Assembly (NCBI GenBank): GCA_965240325.2
Contig: OZ251227.1
Span: forward strand, 62,001 to 126,000
Length of the DNA: 64,000 nt
Origin: Rebecca billardiae RCC1528
Taxonomy: Eukaryota; Protista; Haptophyta
Direction of reading: 5' to 3'
Shown: in pieces, positions 9,583 to 20,291 of the stretch
Position numbering within the stretch: the stretch's first letter is position 1
How the letters are laid out: each line of letters begins with the position of its first letter
Notes under the pieces: model-generated
What the model was told of the DNA's origin: nothing
Databases searched by the model: none
Seen by the model: the letters and a program-made list of their open reading frames with translations, nothing else
Translations under genes and position numbers: made by a program

Positions 9583-12500
9583 ATGGCCGCCTCCGAGCGG
9601 CCATTCCGCTCGCTGCTCGAGCAGCTCGAGTCGAGCGACGAGGAGGGCGGTGGCGAGGGCGGCGGCGGCGCGGACGGCCCGGGCGGGGCGCACGCGCGCG
9701 TGCTCCACGCCCTCTCGCAGCGCGAGCACGCCGCCGCCGCCGCGCACCTCGAGCGCGCCGCCGCGGCGCGCGCGCGCTGGCACTCGACCGACACGCGCGG
9801 CGAGCTGGACGAGGCGGTGCGCGCGCTGGCGGCGGAGACGCGCGCCGCGCACGCGGAGGCCGCGGTGGCGCGGGCCCAGGTGCTCGAGCACCGCTGCGCC
9901 GCGCTCGACGCGCAGCTCGCCGAGGCGCGCGCGCACGCGGCGCGCGCGCACGCGCGCGCGGCCGAGGCGGAGGCGGCGCTCGCGGCGAGCGCGCAGCCAG
10001 CGCGCGAGGCGGAGGCGGCGGCGGCGGCGGCGGCGTCGGCGGCGCAGCGCGCGATACCGGGGGCGATGGGCGCGCCCGCCGGCGCGCCCGCCGACGCGCC
10101 CGCCGACGTCGCGCCGGCGGGCGCGCCGCGATCCGCGGAGCCGCGCGCGGCCGCCTCCGCCTCCGCGCGCGCCGCCGCCGCGGAGGGCGGCGGCGGGGGC
10201 GGCGAGAGCGTGGCGACGGCGGAGGGCGCGGAGGCGCTGGTGCGCGCGCTCGCGGCGGAGCGCGACCCCGCGCGCATGCCCGCGCCCCTCCTGCGCACGC
10301 TGTGCTCCGCCCTCGCCAAGCTCGCGTACGAGCTGTACGCGCACCCGGGCGCGCCCCTGGCCGAGCTGCTCGCCAACGCGGACGACGCGAGCTATGGCGG
10401 CGCCGGGGGGAGCGTGGTGCTGTGCGTGGGGCGGGGCGGCGTGAGCCTCGCGTCGAACGAGGCGGGGCTGAGCGCCGCGGACGTGCGCGCGCTCTGCGAC
10501 GTGGGCGCCTCCACCAAGCCCCTCTCCGCGTCCAGCGCCACCGCGCGCGCCGCCGGCCGCACCGGCGCCGCTGGCGGCCGCCCGGCTGGCGGCCGCCCGG
10601 CTGCTGGGCGCACGTCCGGCCGCATCGGGCGCAAGGGCATCGGGTTCAAGTCGGTGTTCGCGCTGTCCGACGCGCCGCTCGTCGTCTCGGGCGCGCTGGC
10701 GTTCGCGCTGGACGTGGAGCGGGACGGGCTGCTCGGGCTGATCCGGCCGACGCACGCGCCGTGGGCGCGCGCGGCGTGCGAGCGCGCGCTGCCGGCCTCG
10801 CTGGCCGCCTCGCACGCCGGGCTGCGCATCCACCTGCGGCCGAGGCGCGGGCGCGCGCAGCCGAGCGCGGCCGCGCTGCTGCGCTGCGTGCTGCCGCACT
10901 CGCTGCTGCTGCTCCGCCGGGTGCGCACGGTGCACGTCGCGCTGGAGGCGGAGGCGGAGGGCGGCCACAGCGCCACGCACATCACCACACTCACCGCGCT
11001 GCGCCGGCGGCGCGCGCCGCCCGCGCGCGTGCCCGCGCGGCTCGCGCGCGCGGCCGAGGCGACGGTGGCGCGCGCCGCGGGCGCGCGCGCCGCGCCCGGC
11101 GTGGCCGGCGCGCTCGCGGGGGCGCCGAGGCTGTCGCGGCTCTCCGTGGGCCGCGAGAGCGTGCTCCAATCGCGCACAGCTGCGCCTGCGTGCGCCGCGC
11201 AGCTGTGCGCGCACCGCTTCGTGTGCGTGCGCGCCTGGTTTGTGCGGACGCCGCACGCGCAGCAGCCGCAGCAGCAGCAGGCGCAGGCGCCGCAGGGGCG
11301 GCCGGATGGGCGGGCGGGGGCGCAGGAGGAGCTGACTCATGCGGAGTGCGAGGCGGAGGCGGAGGCGGAGGCGGAGGCGGAGGCGGAGGCGGAGGAGGAG
11401 GAGTGGGTGGCGCTGCTCATCCCGGACCTGCTGCCGCACACACACCCACACACGCCACACACCAACAGCACACCCTCCGCCAACACCGCCGAGGGCTGCT
11501 CGGGCGCGTGCGGCGCCGCGCCGAGCGTGCGCTGGGCCGGGCGCGGGCACGTGCTCTGTCACCTGCCCGTGTGCGCGCTGCCGCCCGGCCTGCCGCTCAG
11601 CGTGCACGCGGCCGGGTGGGAGCTCACCGCCTCGCGGCAGGCGCTCGTGCTCGACAGCGCGCACAACGCGCAGCTGCGCGGCTGCGCTGCGCTCGCGCTC
11701 GCCGCCGCCGTGCACGGCTCCGCGGACGCGCGCGCGGCGCTGGGCGCACTCGCCGCCGCGGCCGCGGCCGGCGGCGGCGGCGGCGGCGATGGCGACGGCG
11801 ATGGCGCGCACGGCGGGGCGGGCGCGGGCGCGGGCGCCGCGGGCGTGCCGCTGTGCGCGGCTGGTGCGGACGAGGCGGACGGCGGCTGGTGGGCGGTGCT
11901 GGGCCGCGTGTGGCGTGATCTGCTGGCCAGCGCAGTGCCCACCGTCAGGCTCGAAGCACACGCGGACACGCAGCACACGCGCGCACGCGCACGCGCACAC
12001 GGCCGCGACGGCGGTGGCGATGGCGGTGGCGGCGATGGCGGCGATGGCGGCGATGGCGGCGACGATGGCGGCGGCGGCGGCGGCGGCGAGCGCGAGCCCC
12101 TGTGCGTGCCGCCGCACCGCGCGCGCGTGCGCCCCGCGCGGCTGCCCCAGTGGGTGCTGAGCAGCGCAGACGTGGCCGCGCACTGGGGAGGCGCGGCCGA
12201 CGCCGGCGCGGCCGACGACGTCGCGTCGCCTCCCGAGCGGGGCGGCGAGGCGGAGGCGGGCGGCGGCGTCCTCGGCCTCGCCGCGGACGGGCGGAGCGCG
12301 CGCGCCCTCGGCGTGTCCGAGCTGAGCGTGCGCGAGGTGTGCGCCGTGCTGCGCCGCCTGCACTCGGCCGCGCCGCTCCTCGACCGCCCCGCCGGCTGGC
12401 TCGAGGCCGTGTACGCCTACCTGGCGCACGCAGCGAGGCCCACGGACCTGCGGCTGGCGCAGCCGCAGCCGCGGCACGGAGGGGGCGGCGCGCGTGTGGT

Positions 12501-15329
12501 GGCGGGCGCGCTCGCGCTCTGCCCGCTCATCCCGCTCGCCTCGTGCGAGCCCGGCGCGCACCCCGGCGCGCACGGCGCGCCACCCGAGCGCGCCGCGCTG
12601 CGCCGCGGGATGGCGTGCATCGCGGACTTGTGGCGGATGCGCGCGCAGCTGGGGCCGCCCGCATGCGCCGCCGCGCGCGCGTGCGGCGCGGTGTGGTGGG
12701 TGTATGCGCCGGCCGCGGAGGCGGAGGGCGGCGCCGGGCTCGCGCACGCGTGGTCGGCGAGCGCCCGCCGCTTCCTCCGCGGGTGCGGCGTGGCCGAGCA
12801 CCGCTCCGCGCGCGCGCAGGCGCGCGCGCTGCTGCGCGCCGTGAGCGCGCAGCATGCGGCGCTGGGCTGCGCGCGCCCGCTCGGCGCGCCGCCGCCGCGC
12901 GCCGCGGCCGGCGGCGGCACGGCCGGCGGGGGCGCCCGTGCCGCCGCCGCCGCCGCCGCCGCCGCGACCGCCGCGCGGTGCGGCGCGCTGTGCGCGTGGG
13001 AGCCGCTGAGCGGGGCGCAGGCGTGGCTCGGGCTCTGGGCCTGCCGCGGCGCGTGCGCGCAGCTGCCCGCGGCCGCTGCGGCGGCGGCGCGCGCGCGGCT
13101 GTGCGCGAGTGCGGCCGGCGACGCGCCGCGGCAGCCCGCCCGGGCGGAGGCGGCGGGCGCAGCGCCGGAGTCGGATCGAGCGTCGGAGGCGGAGGCGGAG
13201 GCGGAGGCGGAGGCGGAGGCGGAGGCGGAGGCGGAGGCGGAGGCGGAGGCGGAGGCGGAGGCGGAGGCGGAGGCGGAGGCGGAGGCGGAGGCGGAGGCGG
13301 AGGCGGAGGCGGAGGCGGAGGCGGAGGCGGAGGCGGAGGCGGAGGCTGAGCTGCTGCGCCGTGTGCGCGCGCACCTCTGCCTGCCGAGCGCGGCGGCGGA
13401 CGACGACGACGACGGTGCCGACGCCGACGGCGCGGGCGTGCGCGCGCCCTGTGCCCCCACGGAGCCGGCGCCCGCCTCAGCGCGCGTGCCGCCGCCGCTC
13501 GTGCCGCTGAGCCGGCTGCACCTGCGCGGCGTGCTGGGCGCGCCGTGCCCGCTGTGCGCGTGCGAGCGGGCGCGCGGCGCGGCGCGCTCGCCGCCCGCGG
13601 AGGGCGCGTTGCACGAGGGTGCGTTGCACGTGCCGTCGGCCGACGGCGGCGCGCCCGCCGTCGTGCACGCGGCGCCGTGCGCGCCCGCCGTGCGCCGCGC
13701 GTGGGCGCAACTCTCCCTCGGCGCGCCGCCCGCGCGCTTGCTGCTGCCGCTGCTCGGCGCCGAGCTCGCGCGCGCGGGCGGCGCCGCGCGACTGGGCGCG
13801 GGCGCACCGCCCTCCGCCGCCGCTGGGGCGGGGCGCGCCCGCGACGGCGCCGCCGCGCCGTGCGCGCCGCCCTCGGAGGTGCTGCTGCGGCTCGAGCTGG
13901 AGGGCGCGCTGTGCGGCCTGCTGGGCGTGGGCGCGGCCTCGCACCTCGCCCTGTGCCCTGCGCGCAGGCGGTGGCACGCGCTGGGCGAGGCGGTGGCGGC
14001 GGGCGCGGAGCGCGGGGCGGGCTGCGGGTGTGCGCTGCCGGCGTGGGCGGCCGTGCGCCCGCCGCCCGGCCGCGCGAGCGCCGAGCGCGCGCCCGCCGAG
14101 CTCGAGGCGGAGTGCCCGGTGTGCATGCAGCCCCTGCACCCGCCGCTGCGCGCGCACCCGCCCGCCGCGGCCGCCTCGAGCGCCGAGCTCGGCGGCCAGC
14201 GCCCCGCCCTTGGCCCCCGCCCCCGCCCCGCGGACCGAGGCAGCTGGGGCAGCGGCAGCAGCAGCGCGGGCGGCGCCGACTCCGCCGCCTCCTCCGACAC
14301 GGACGAGCTGCACGCGCCGACGGGGCCGCAGCACGCAAGGGCGGCTGAGGAGGACGGGGGCGGCAGCGCCAGCGGCAGTGCCACCAGCTCGGACGACTGG
14401 GGCGGCGCGCAGCGCGCGCGCTCGCCCGCGGAGCCGGCGGCGGCGGCGGCGGGCGCGCGCGCGAGCGCGGGCGAGCAGCCTGCGCAGCCGGGCCCGGGCT
14501 CGGCGCACCGAGCGGCGGCGGGTGGGCGCGGCGGCGGCGGCGAGGAGGACGAGGCCATCGCCGCCGCCGCCGCCGCCGCCGCGCGCCGCCAGCGCCGCCG
14601 CCGCCGCCGCTGGCTGCGCGCGGCCGCGCGCGCGCGCTCGGACGCGTGCGTGCTGCGGTGCGGGCACACGCTGCACGCGGGCTGCGCGGAGGAGTGGCGA
14701 TGGCGGCGGGCGGCGGCGGCGAGGGAGGAGGGCGCGGAGGGCGGCGGCGGCGGCGCGGGCGGCAGCAGCTGCCCGGTCTGCCGCGGCGGCGTGAGCGTCG
14801 CCGAGCTGTGCAGCGCGCCGCACTCCGACGCCGCGCGCGCGGTGGGCGCGGCCGCGCACACGCTGCTGCGAGCGGCCGGGCTGGCGCCGGCGGCCGAGGC
14901 GGCGCGCACCGCGCACGGCGCGCGCGAGGCTGCGCCGGGCGCGGAGGCGGCGGCGGTGCTCGGCGCGTGCGCGCGCGCGGGGCTGCGCGGCGCGGCGCAG
15001 CTGCTCGGCGCCCTGCTCCACGACGCGCGGCGCGCGCACACGCCCGCGCATGGCGGCGGGTGCGCGCGCGCGCTAGGCCGCCTCCTCGCGTGCGCGCCGC
15101 TGCAGCTGGGGTCGCTGCCGCCCGGGTACGCGCCGCAAGCGCGCGCGGCGTGGCGCGGCGTGGGCGCGGCGCCGGCTGCGGACGGCGCGGCCCACGGCGC
15201 GCCGCCGCCGCCGCCGCGGCCCCTGTGCGCGGCCGTGCTGCTGTGGAGCGGCTCGGCAGCGCCCTTCCAACCGGCAGCGGCAGCGGCAGCGGCAGCGGCA
15301 GCGGCAGCGGCCCACCCCGAGCACGCACG

Positions 15330-15397
<68 letters not shown>

Positions 15398-18147
15398 GCG
15401 GCGGCGGCGCGCTCGGCTCCGCCGATGCGCTCGGCGTGCGCGCCGTGGCTGAGGCGGGGCTTGGGCGCGCGCTGCCCGTGCTGCTGCACACCGCCCCGCA
15501 CTGGAAGCACCTCGAGCGCGCGCTCGGCGGGCTCGGCGTGCTGGCAGCGCGCGAGCGGGGCGCGGCCGCGCGCGTCGCGAGCGCGCTCGGCGGCTACGCG
15601 CGCGAGCTGGGCGGCGCCGAGCGCGCGGCGGCGGGCCCGGCGCTGCACGAGGCGTGCGCCGCGCTCGCGGCGCAGATGCGCGCCGCCGCGCTCGGCGCGG
15701 GGCCCAGCACAGCGCGCGCCGCGCGCACCGCCCCGCCCGCCGACGTCGCGTGGGTGTGGGCGGGCGCGGCCGCGGGCGTGCGCGCGCCGCGCGCGCTGTG
15801 CTGGGCGCTGTGCGTAGGGGCGGGCGGCGGGCGCGGCGCGGGCGGCGCGGCCGTGGTGCCGCGCGGCGAGGCGCCGCCGCCGCCCCGCCGCTGGCCGCGC
15901 GCGCTCGCGCTCGCGGCGGGTGTGCGCCCACTCCGCCACCTCTACCCCGCCCTCGGAACCTTCTGGGAAAGTACCGCGGCCGTGCGCGCCGCGCCCACGC
16001 TCGGCCACGCGCTGCGTGCGGTGCGCGCGCTCGCGGACGCGCAGCGGCTGGCGCGCGCGGGAGCCGCGCGCGGCGGCACGGGCGGCGCCGACGCCGACGC
16101 CGACGCTGACGCCCCGCTCGGCGAGCGCCGCGCTCGGCGCGCGGCCGCGGCGCGCGCGTACGCGGCCGGTGCGGGCTGGGAGGCGGCGGTGGGCACCGCC
16201 CTCGCCATCGTGGCCGCGCTGCTGCCGCGCGCGCGCGCGCGCGGCGGCGAGGCGGCGGCGGCGGGCGAGGGCGAGGGCGAGGGCGAGGGCGCGCGCGAGC
16301 CCGGCGGCGCGCCGCCCGCACCCGCCGCGCGCGCGGCCCGGCTGCGCGCGCGGCTGCGCGCGCTGCCCCTGCCAACGCGCCCGCCGGCCGGCGCGGCGGC
16401 CGCGCTGCCGCCGCCGCCAGCCGGCCGCGGCCTGCCGCCGCCGCCGCCCTGCGCTCCGGCCTGCCTGAGTGACTCGCCCTTCGCCTTCGAGGCCGTCGAC
16501 GCGGCGCACCCCGCGGCGCGCGCGCTGTACGCCGACGCGGTGCGGCCGGTCGAGCTGAGCGCGCTGCCCGCCGCGCTCGCCGGCGCGCTGCGCAAGTGCG
16601 GTCGGCTGCGCCCGCTGCGCGCGCAGCTGGGGTGCGCGCGCACGCTGCACACGGTGCGCGCGCACGGCGCGCCGGATGGCGGCGGCGGCGGCGCGGACGC
16701 GGACGCGGCCGCGCGCGCCGAGCCCGACGCGCGCTGGTCCGAGGCCGCGACGGCGGCGCTGCGCGCGCACGCGCGCACGCGCGCGCTGCGCGCCGCGCGC
16801 GTGAGCGTGCACCTGCTGCCGCGCGCCGCCCGCTGCTTCGAGCTGCGCTACAGCCTGCGCCCAGCGGCGTGTGCGCAGCCCGCGCCGCGCGAGCCGCGCG
16901 CGCTCGAGCGGTGCGTGCGCAGCGTGTACGCGCTCGAGATCGAGACGGCGGCGGCGGCGGCGGCGGAGGCCGGCGCGCCCGCGGCCGAGCCGGACGGCGC
17001 CCCCGCCCCCGCCCCCGCCCCCGCCCCCGCCCCCGCCCCCGCCCCCGCCCCCGCCCCCGACGCCGCCCCCGCCCCCGCCGCCGACGCCGCCCCCGCCGCC
17101 GCCGCGCACGCCGCCGCGCACGCCGCCGGCTGGCGCGCGCGCGTGCGCGTGTGCGCGCCCGAGGGACAAGCGCAGCACACGCGCGGCTCGGTGGCCGCCG
17201 CGCTGTGCGCCGCCCTCGCCGAGCTGCTCGCGCTGGAGGGCCTGGAGCGCGGGGCGGAGGCAGGCTGCGGCGCACACACGCCGGCGGCGGCGGGCGGCGA
17301 GCGCGTGCGCGCGCACGCGCACGCGCCGCCCGCCGCGCCGCCGCCCGACGAGACCGCCACCGCCACCACCTTCGCTCCGCTGACGCCCGACGGCCGCGCG
17401 CGCCCGCCGCGCGCGCCGCCCGCGCCGACGCGCGCCGACGCGCTGAGCCGGTCGCTCGCGCATGCGCTGCTCAGCGGGGGCGCCGCGCCCGCCGCTCCGA
17501 CCGCCGCGGGCGCGCTGGGCGATGCGCCGGAGCGCGCGCCGACCGAGCGCCCCGCAGCGGCCGAGTGGGCGCCGATCCCCGGGCGCGCGGACGAGGAGGG
17601 CGGCGGCGGCGGAGCGCCCGCGCGCGCGCCGCCGCCGAGCGCGGCGCGCGGCGCGAGCGGCGGCGCCGACGTCCGCGCGAGCGGCCACGGCGGCGAGCAG
17701 CGCGGCGCGGCGGGGGCGGCGGTGTGCTGTGCAGCCGGCGCGACCCGCGGCGCGGCGTGCGCCCGCAGCGCGAGTGTCAGTGAGGCCGCGGCACACGAGG
17801 CCGGTGGCACCGGCCGCACCCGGCACGACGTCGCCGCCGCCGAGCCACGCTCCCCGCCGCCCGCGCCGGCAGCAGAGGCCGAGTCGGCCGCGCCCGCGGC
17901 CGCGCTGTCACTCGCTCAGTCGGCGGCCGGCGCTCAGAGCCGCCAGCCGCGCGCCGATCGCGCGGCGCGCGCGGCGGGCAGCGGCGGGCAGCACGACGGG
18001 GGCAGCCATGCTGATGATGGGGGCGCGGGTGGCGGCAGCATCGGCGGCGGCGGGGCGCCGCCTGGCCGCCCGTCGTCGCCATCTTGCGGCAGCGCGCAGC
18101 ACAGCTGCCCGCTCTGCGGCCAGCCGGTGGCCTCGCTCGACGACTAG
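9583..18147 (+). CDS. Large sacsin/NO VEIN-like protein: GHKL ATPase + split RING-H2 + C-terminal CxxC
   Basis: ELY...ELLANADDASY, NEAGLSAADVRALCDVGASTK, IGRKGIGFKSVF, HAAGWELTASRQ. RING: CPVC...CGHTLHAGC...W...CPVCR. Uninterrupted ORF; hidden in-frame introns cannot be excluded. Confidence 0.8.
13184..13346 (+). repeat. (GCGGAG)n hexanucleotide repeat encoding poly(AE)
   Basis: Directly visible perfect array inside the CDS. Confidence 0.95.
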
Positions 18148-18481
18148 CCGCGCCCAGCCGCGCGGCCCGGCCGGACGACTACGAGGCGACGCGACGTACT
18201 ATGCGTATCTATTCGCCAACATATTATTCGGCGGCTGCTTGGCGCGGCCGCCGCCGGGCGTCCGCGGCCGTCGACGCGGACCGGACAGCGCGCCTCGTCG
18301 TCTGTTTTGGCCGAGTGACGGCCCGACGGGCCACGGGGCCCGAGCGCAGCAGTAGTCTGCTTGCATGTCTCTGCTGTCACACTATACGCGTGCTATACAG
18401 GGTAGTCGCCTGCTAGTGAGCCGCGCGGCCCGGCGGCTGACTGAGATCGAACGCGTGATGCGCATTAATATATAATGCGCT

Positions 18482-18703
18482 TCACCATATATCAATGGCT
18501 GCTCGGCTCCGGACGATCGACGGCGGCGGCGGCCGGACCGCCGCGGAGGCCGCCGCCTCGCCGACGGCAGCAGCCGCAGGGCCCGGGTCCACAAGTGGCT
18601 GGGTGGCGGACCACTGGCAGTACACGTACTCGCGCGTGTCGGCGGTGAAGGTGGCCTGCGTGCTGAGGTTCTGCTTGGCGAGGCTGCCGTTCGAGCTGCG
18701 CAT
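18482..18703 (-). CDS. Possible small hypothetical protein
   Basis: MRSSNGSLAKQNLSTQATFTADTREYVYCQWS... has gene-like codon usage and ends at an AT-rich patch. No family recognised. Confidence 0.25.
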   Translation of the reverse strand: MRSSNGSLAKQNLSTQATFTADTREYVYCQWSATQPLVDPGPAAAAVGEAAASAAVRPPPPSIVRSRAAIDIW

Positions 18704-18987
18704 CCGGCCATGGGCGTGCGCAGGAGCAGGTTCAAGTTGTCTGTCAGTGTCACTCGTCGAGTCTCGAGAGCTGCTCGCATGCACCACCGTGCACCTACCG
18801 CCCTTGGTGCAAGGGCCGTACTTGGTGCACCGGTACACGGGAACGCCGGCCATGGGCGTGCGCAGGAGCAGGTTCAAGTTGTCTGTCAGTGTCACTCGTC
18901 GAGTCTCGAGAGCTGCTCGCATGCACCACCGTGCACCTACCGCCCTTGGTGCAAGGGCCGTACTTGGTGCACCGGTACACGGGAACG
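18704..18987 (+). repeat. Exact 142-bp tandem duplication
   Basis: 18704..18845 equals 18846..18987. Confidence 0.92.
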
Positions 18988-19021
18988 CTTTGCATGCTCA
19001 CGGGGTTGCTTACGAACGGCC

Positions 19022-19942
19022 ATGCTCGGCGCGTGGTGGGCCGGCGCGCTCCTCGCCGCCGCGTGCCGCGAGGACGTGCACACGGGCTGCGCGGGGTGGG
19101 CGGCGTCAGGCGAGTGCGAGCGCAACCCCGTCTTCATGTACGCCGAGTGCGCGCGCTCGTGCGCCATCTGCGAGCCATGCGCGCTGTGGAGCGCGCCGCT
19201 CGTGCGCGCGGGCGAAGTGTGGCCCGTCCTGCGGCGCGCGGCGGCGCGGCGAGACCTGGGCGCGCGGCTGGCGAGCGCCGATCCGCCGGTCGTCGTCTTC
19301 GAGCGCTTCATCTCCGCCGCGCACGCGCGCGAGCTCCTCGCCGCCGGCGGCCACGGCTTTGAGCGGTCGCAGGACGACCTGCTCGGCGCGCGCGGCCGCA
19401 CCTCCTCCACCGCGTGGTGCCAAAGCGCGGGCTGCGCGGGCGCGGCGGCGGTGCGCGCGGTGGAGGCGCTCGCGCTCGAGCTCGCCGGCGGCGCGCCGCC
19501 CGCGTACGCCGAGCACCTGCAGCTCATCCGCTACGCGCCGCGCGAGTACTACGCGCCGCACCAGGACACGCGCCGCTTCTCGCCCACGAGCGCGATCGGC
19601 CACCGCGTGTTCACGGTGCTCGTGTACCTCGCGCGGCCGGCGGGCGGCGGGGGCGAGACGCGCTTCCCACGGCTCAACCTCACCGTGCCGCCGCGCGCCG
19701 GCCGCGCCGTGATGTGGGCCAACGTGCGCGACGACGACGTGCACGCGCCGGACGACCGCACCGAGCACGCCTCGCTGCCCGTGCGACCGGGCGGCGTCAA
19801 GTACGCGTGCAACGTGTGGGTGCACCAGCGCGACTTCAGGCGGCCGCACGCGTACGGCTGCCCGGTCACGCGCGCGGAGGGCGCGCACGAGGAGGTCTTC
19901 GCGCAGCGCGCGTGCGATGCATCAGCAGCAGATGGCGGCTGA
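19022..19942 (+). CDS. P4H: Prolyl 4-hydroxylase alpha-like 2OG-Fe(II) dioxygenase with N-terminal ShK domain
   Basis: Signal peptide; ShK CREDVHTGCAGWAASGECERNPVFMYAECARSCAIC; LQLIRY..YAPHQD, GGETRFP, TEHASLPV, KYACNVW. Confidence 0.9.
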   Translation: MLGAWWAGALLAAACREDVHTGCAGWAASGECERNPVFMYAECARSCAICEPCALWSAPLVRAGEVWPVLRRAAARRDLGARLASADPPVVVFERFISAAHARELLAAGGHGFERSQDDLLGARGRTSSTAWCQSAGCAGAAAVRAVEALALELAGGAPPAYAEHLQLIRYAPREYYAPHQDTRRFSPTSAIGHRVFTVLVYLARPAGGGGETRFPRLNLTVPPRAGRAVMWANVRDDDVHAPDDRTEHASLPVRPGGVKYACNVWVHQRDFRRPHAYGCPVTRAEGAHEEVFAQRACDASAADGG

Positions 19943-20291
19943 GGCCAGCGGACTGCGAAGCCAGCGATGAGTATGACGTGGACGTGGACGTGGTAGTGAT
20001 CGGCCAGCAGCGCAGTGTCATGATGATGATGCGTCGATACTCACTCGATGAATAACTCGACACTGACGAAGTGACTGCTGATCATGATGCCTGATATGAT
20101 GCTGCGTGCCGTAGTCATATAATATATATCCGCCCGAATGAAGCAGGAATTGATGATATGAAGGATGATTGAAGCAGCAGCTGCACCGCGCGCTCACGGC
20201 GCGGCATCATCAGCATCATCACTGCTGTTCCGCCCGGCGGCGCGCCCTACTATATAGGTCTAGCAGCAGCAGCATACGAGTGAACGACGCG

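Noticed and set aside
8134-17826. Huge overlapping antisense and alternative-frame ORFs (e.g. 12527..17275, 12417..15491, the 5' extension of 8236..13374)
   Set aside because: Stop codons are rare at this GC content. The translations are Arg/Ala/Pro-rich shadows of real genes with no motifs.
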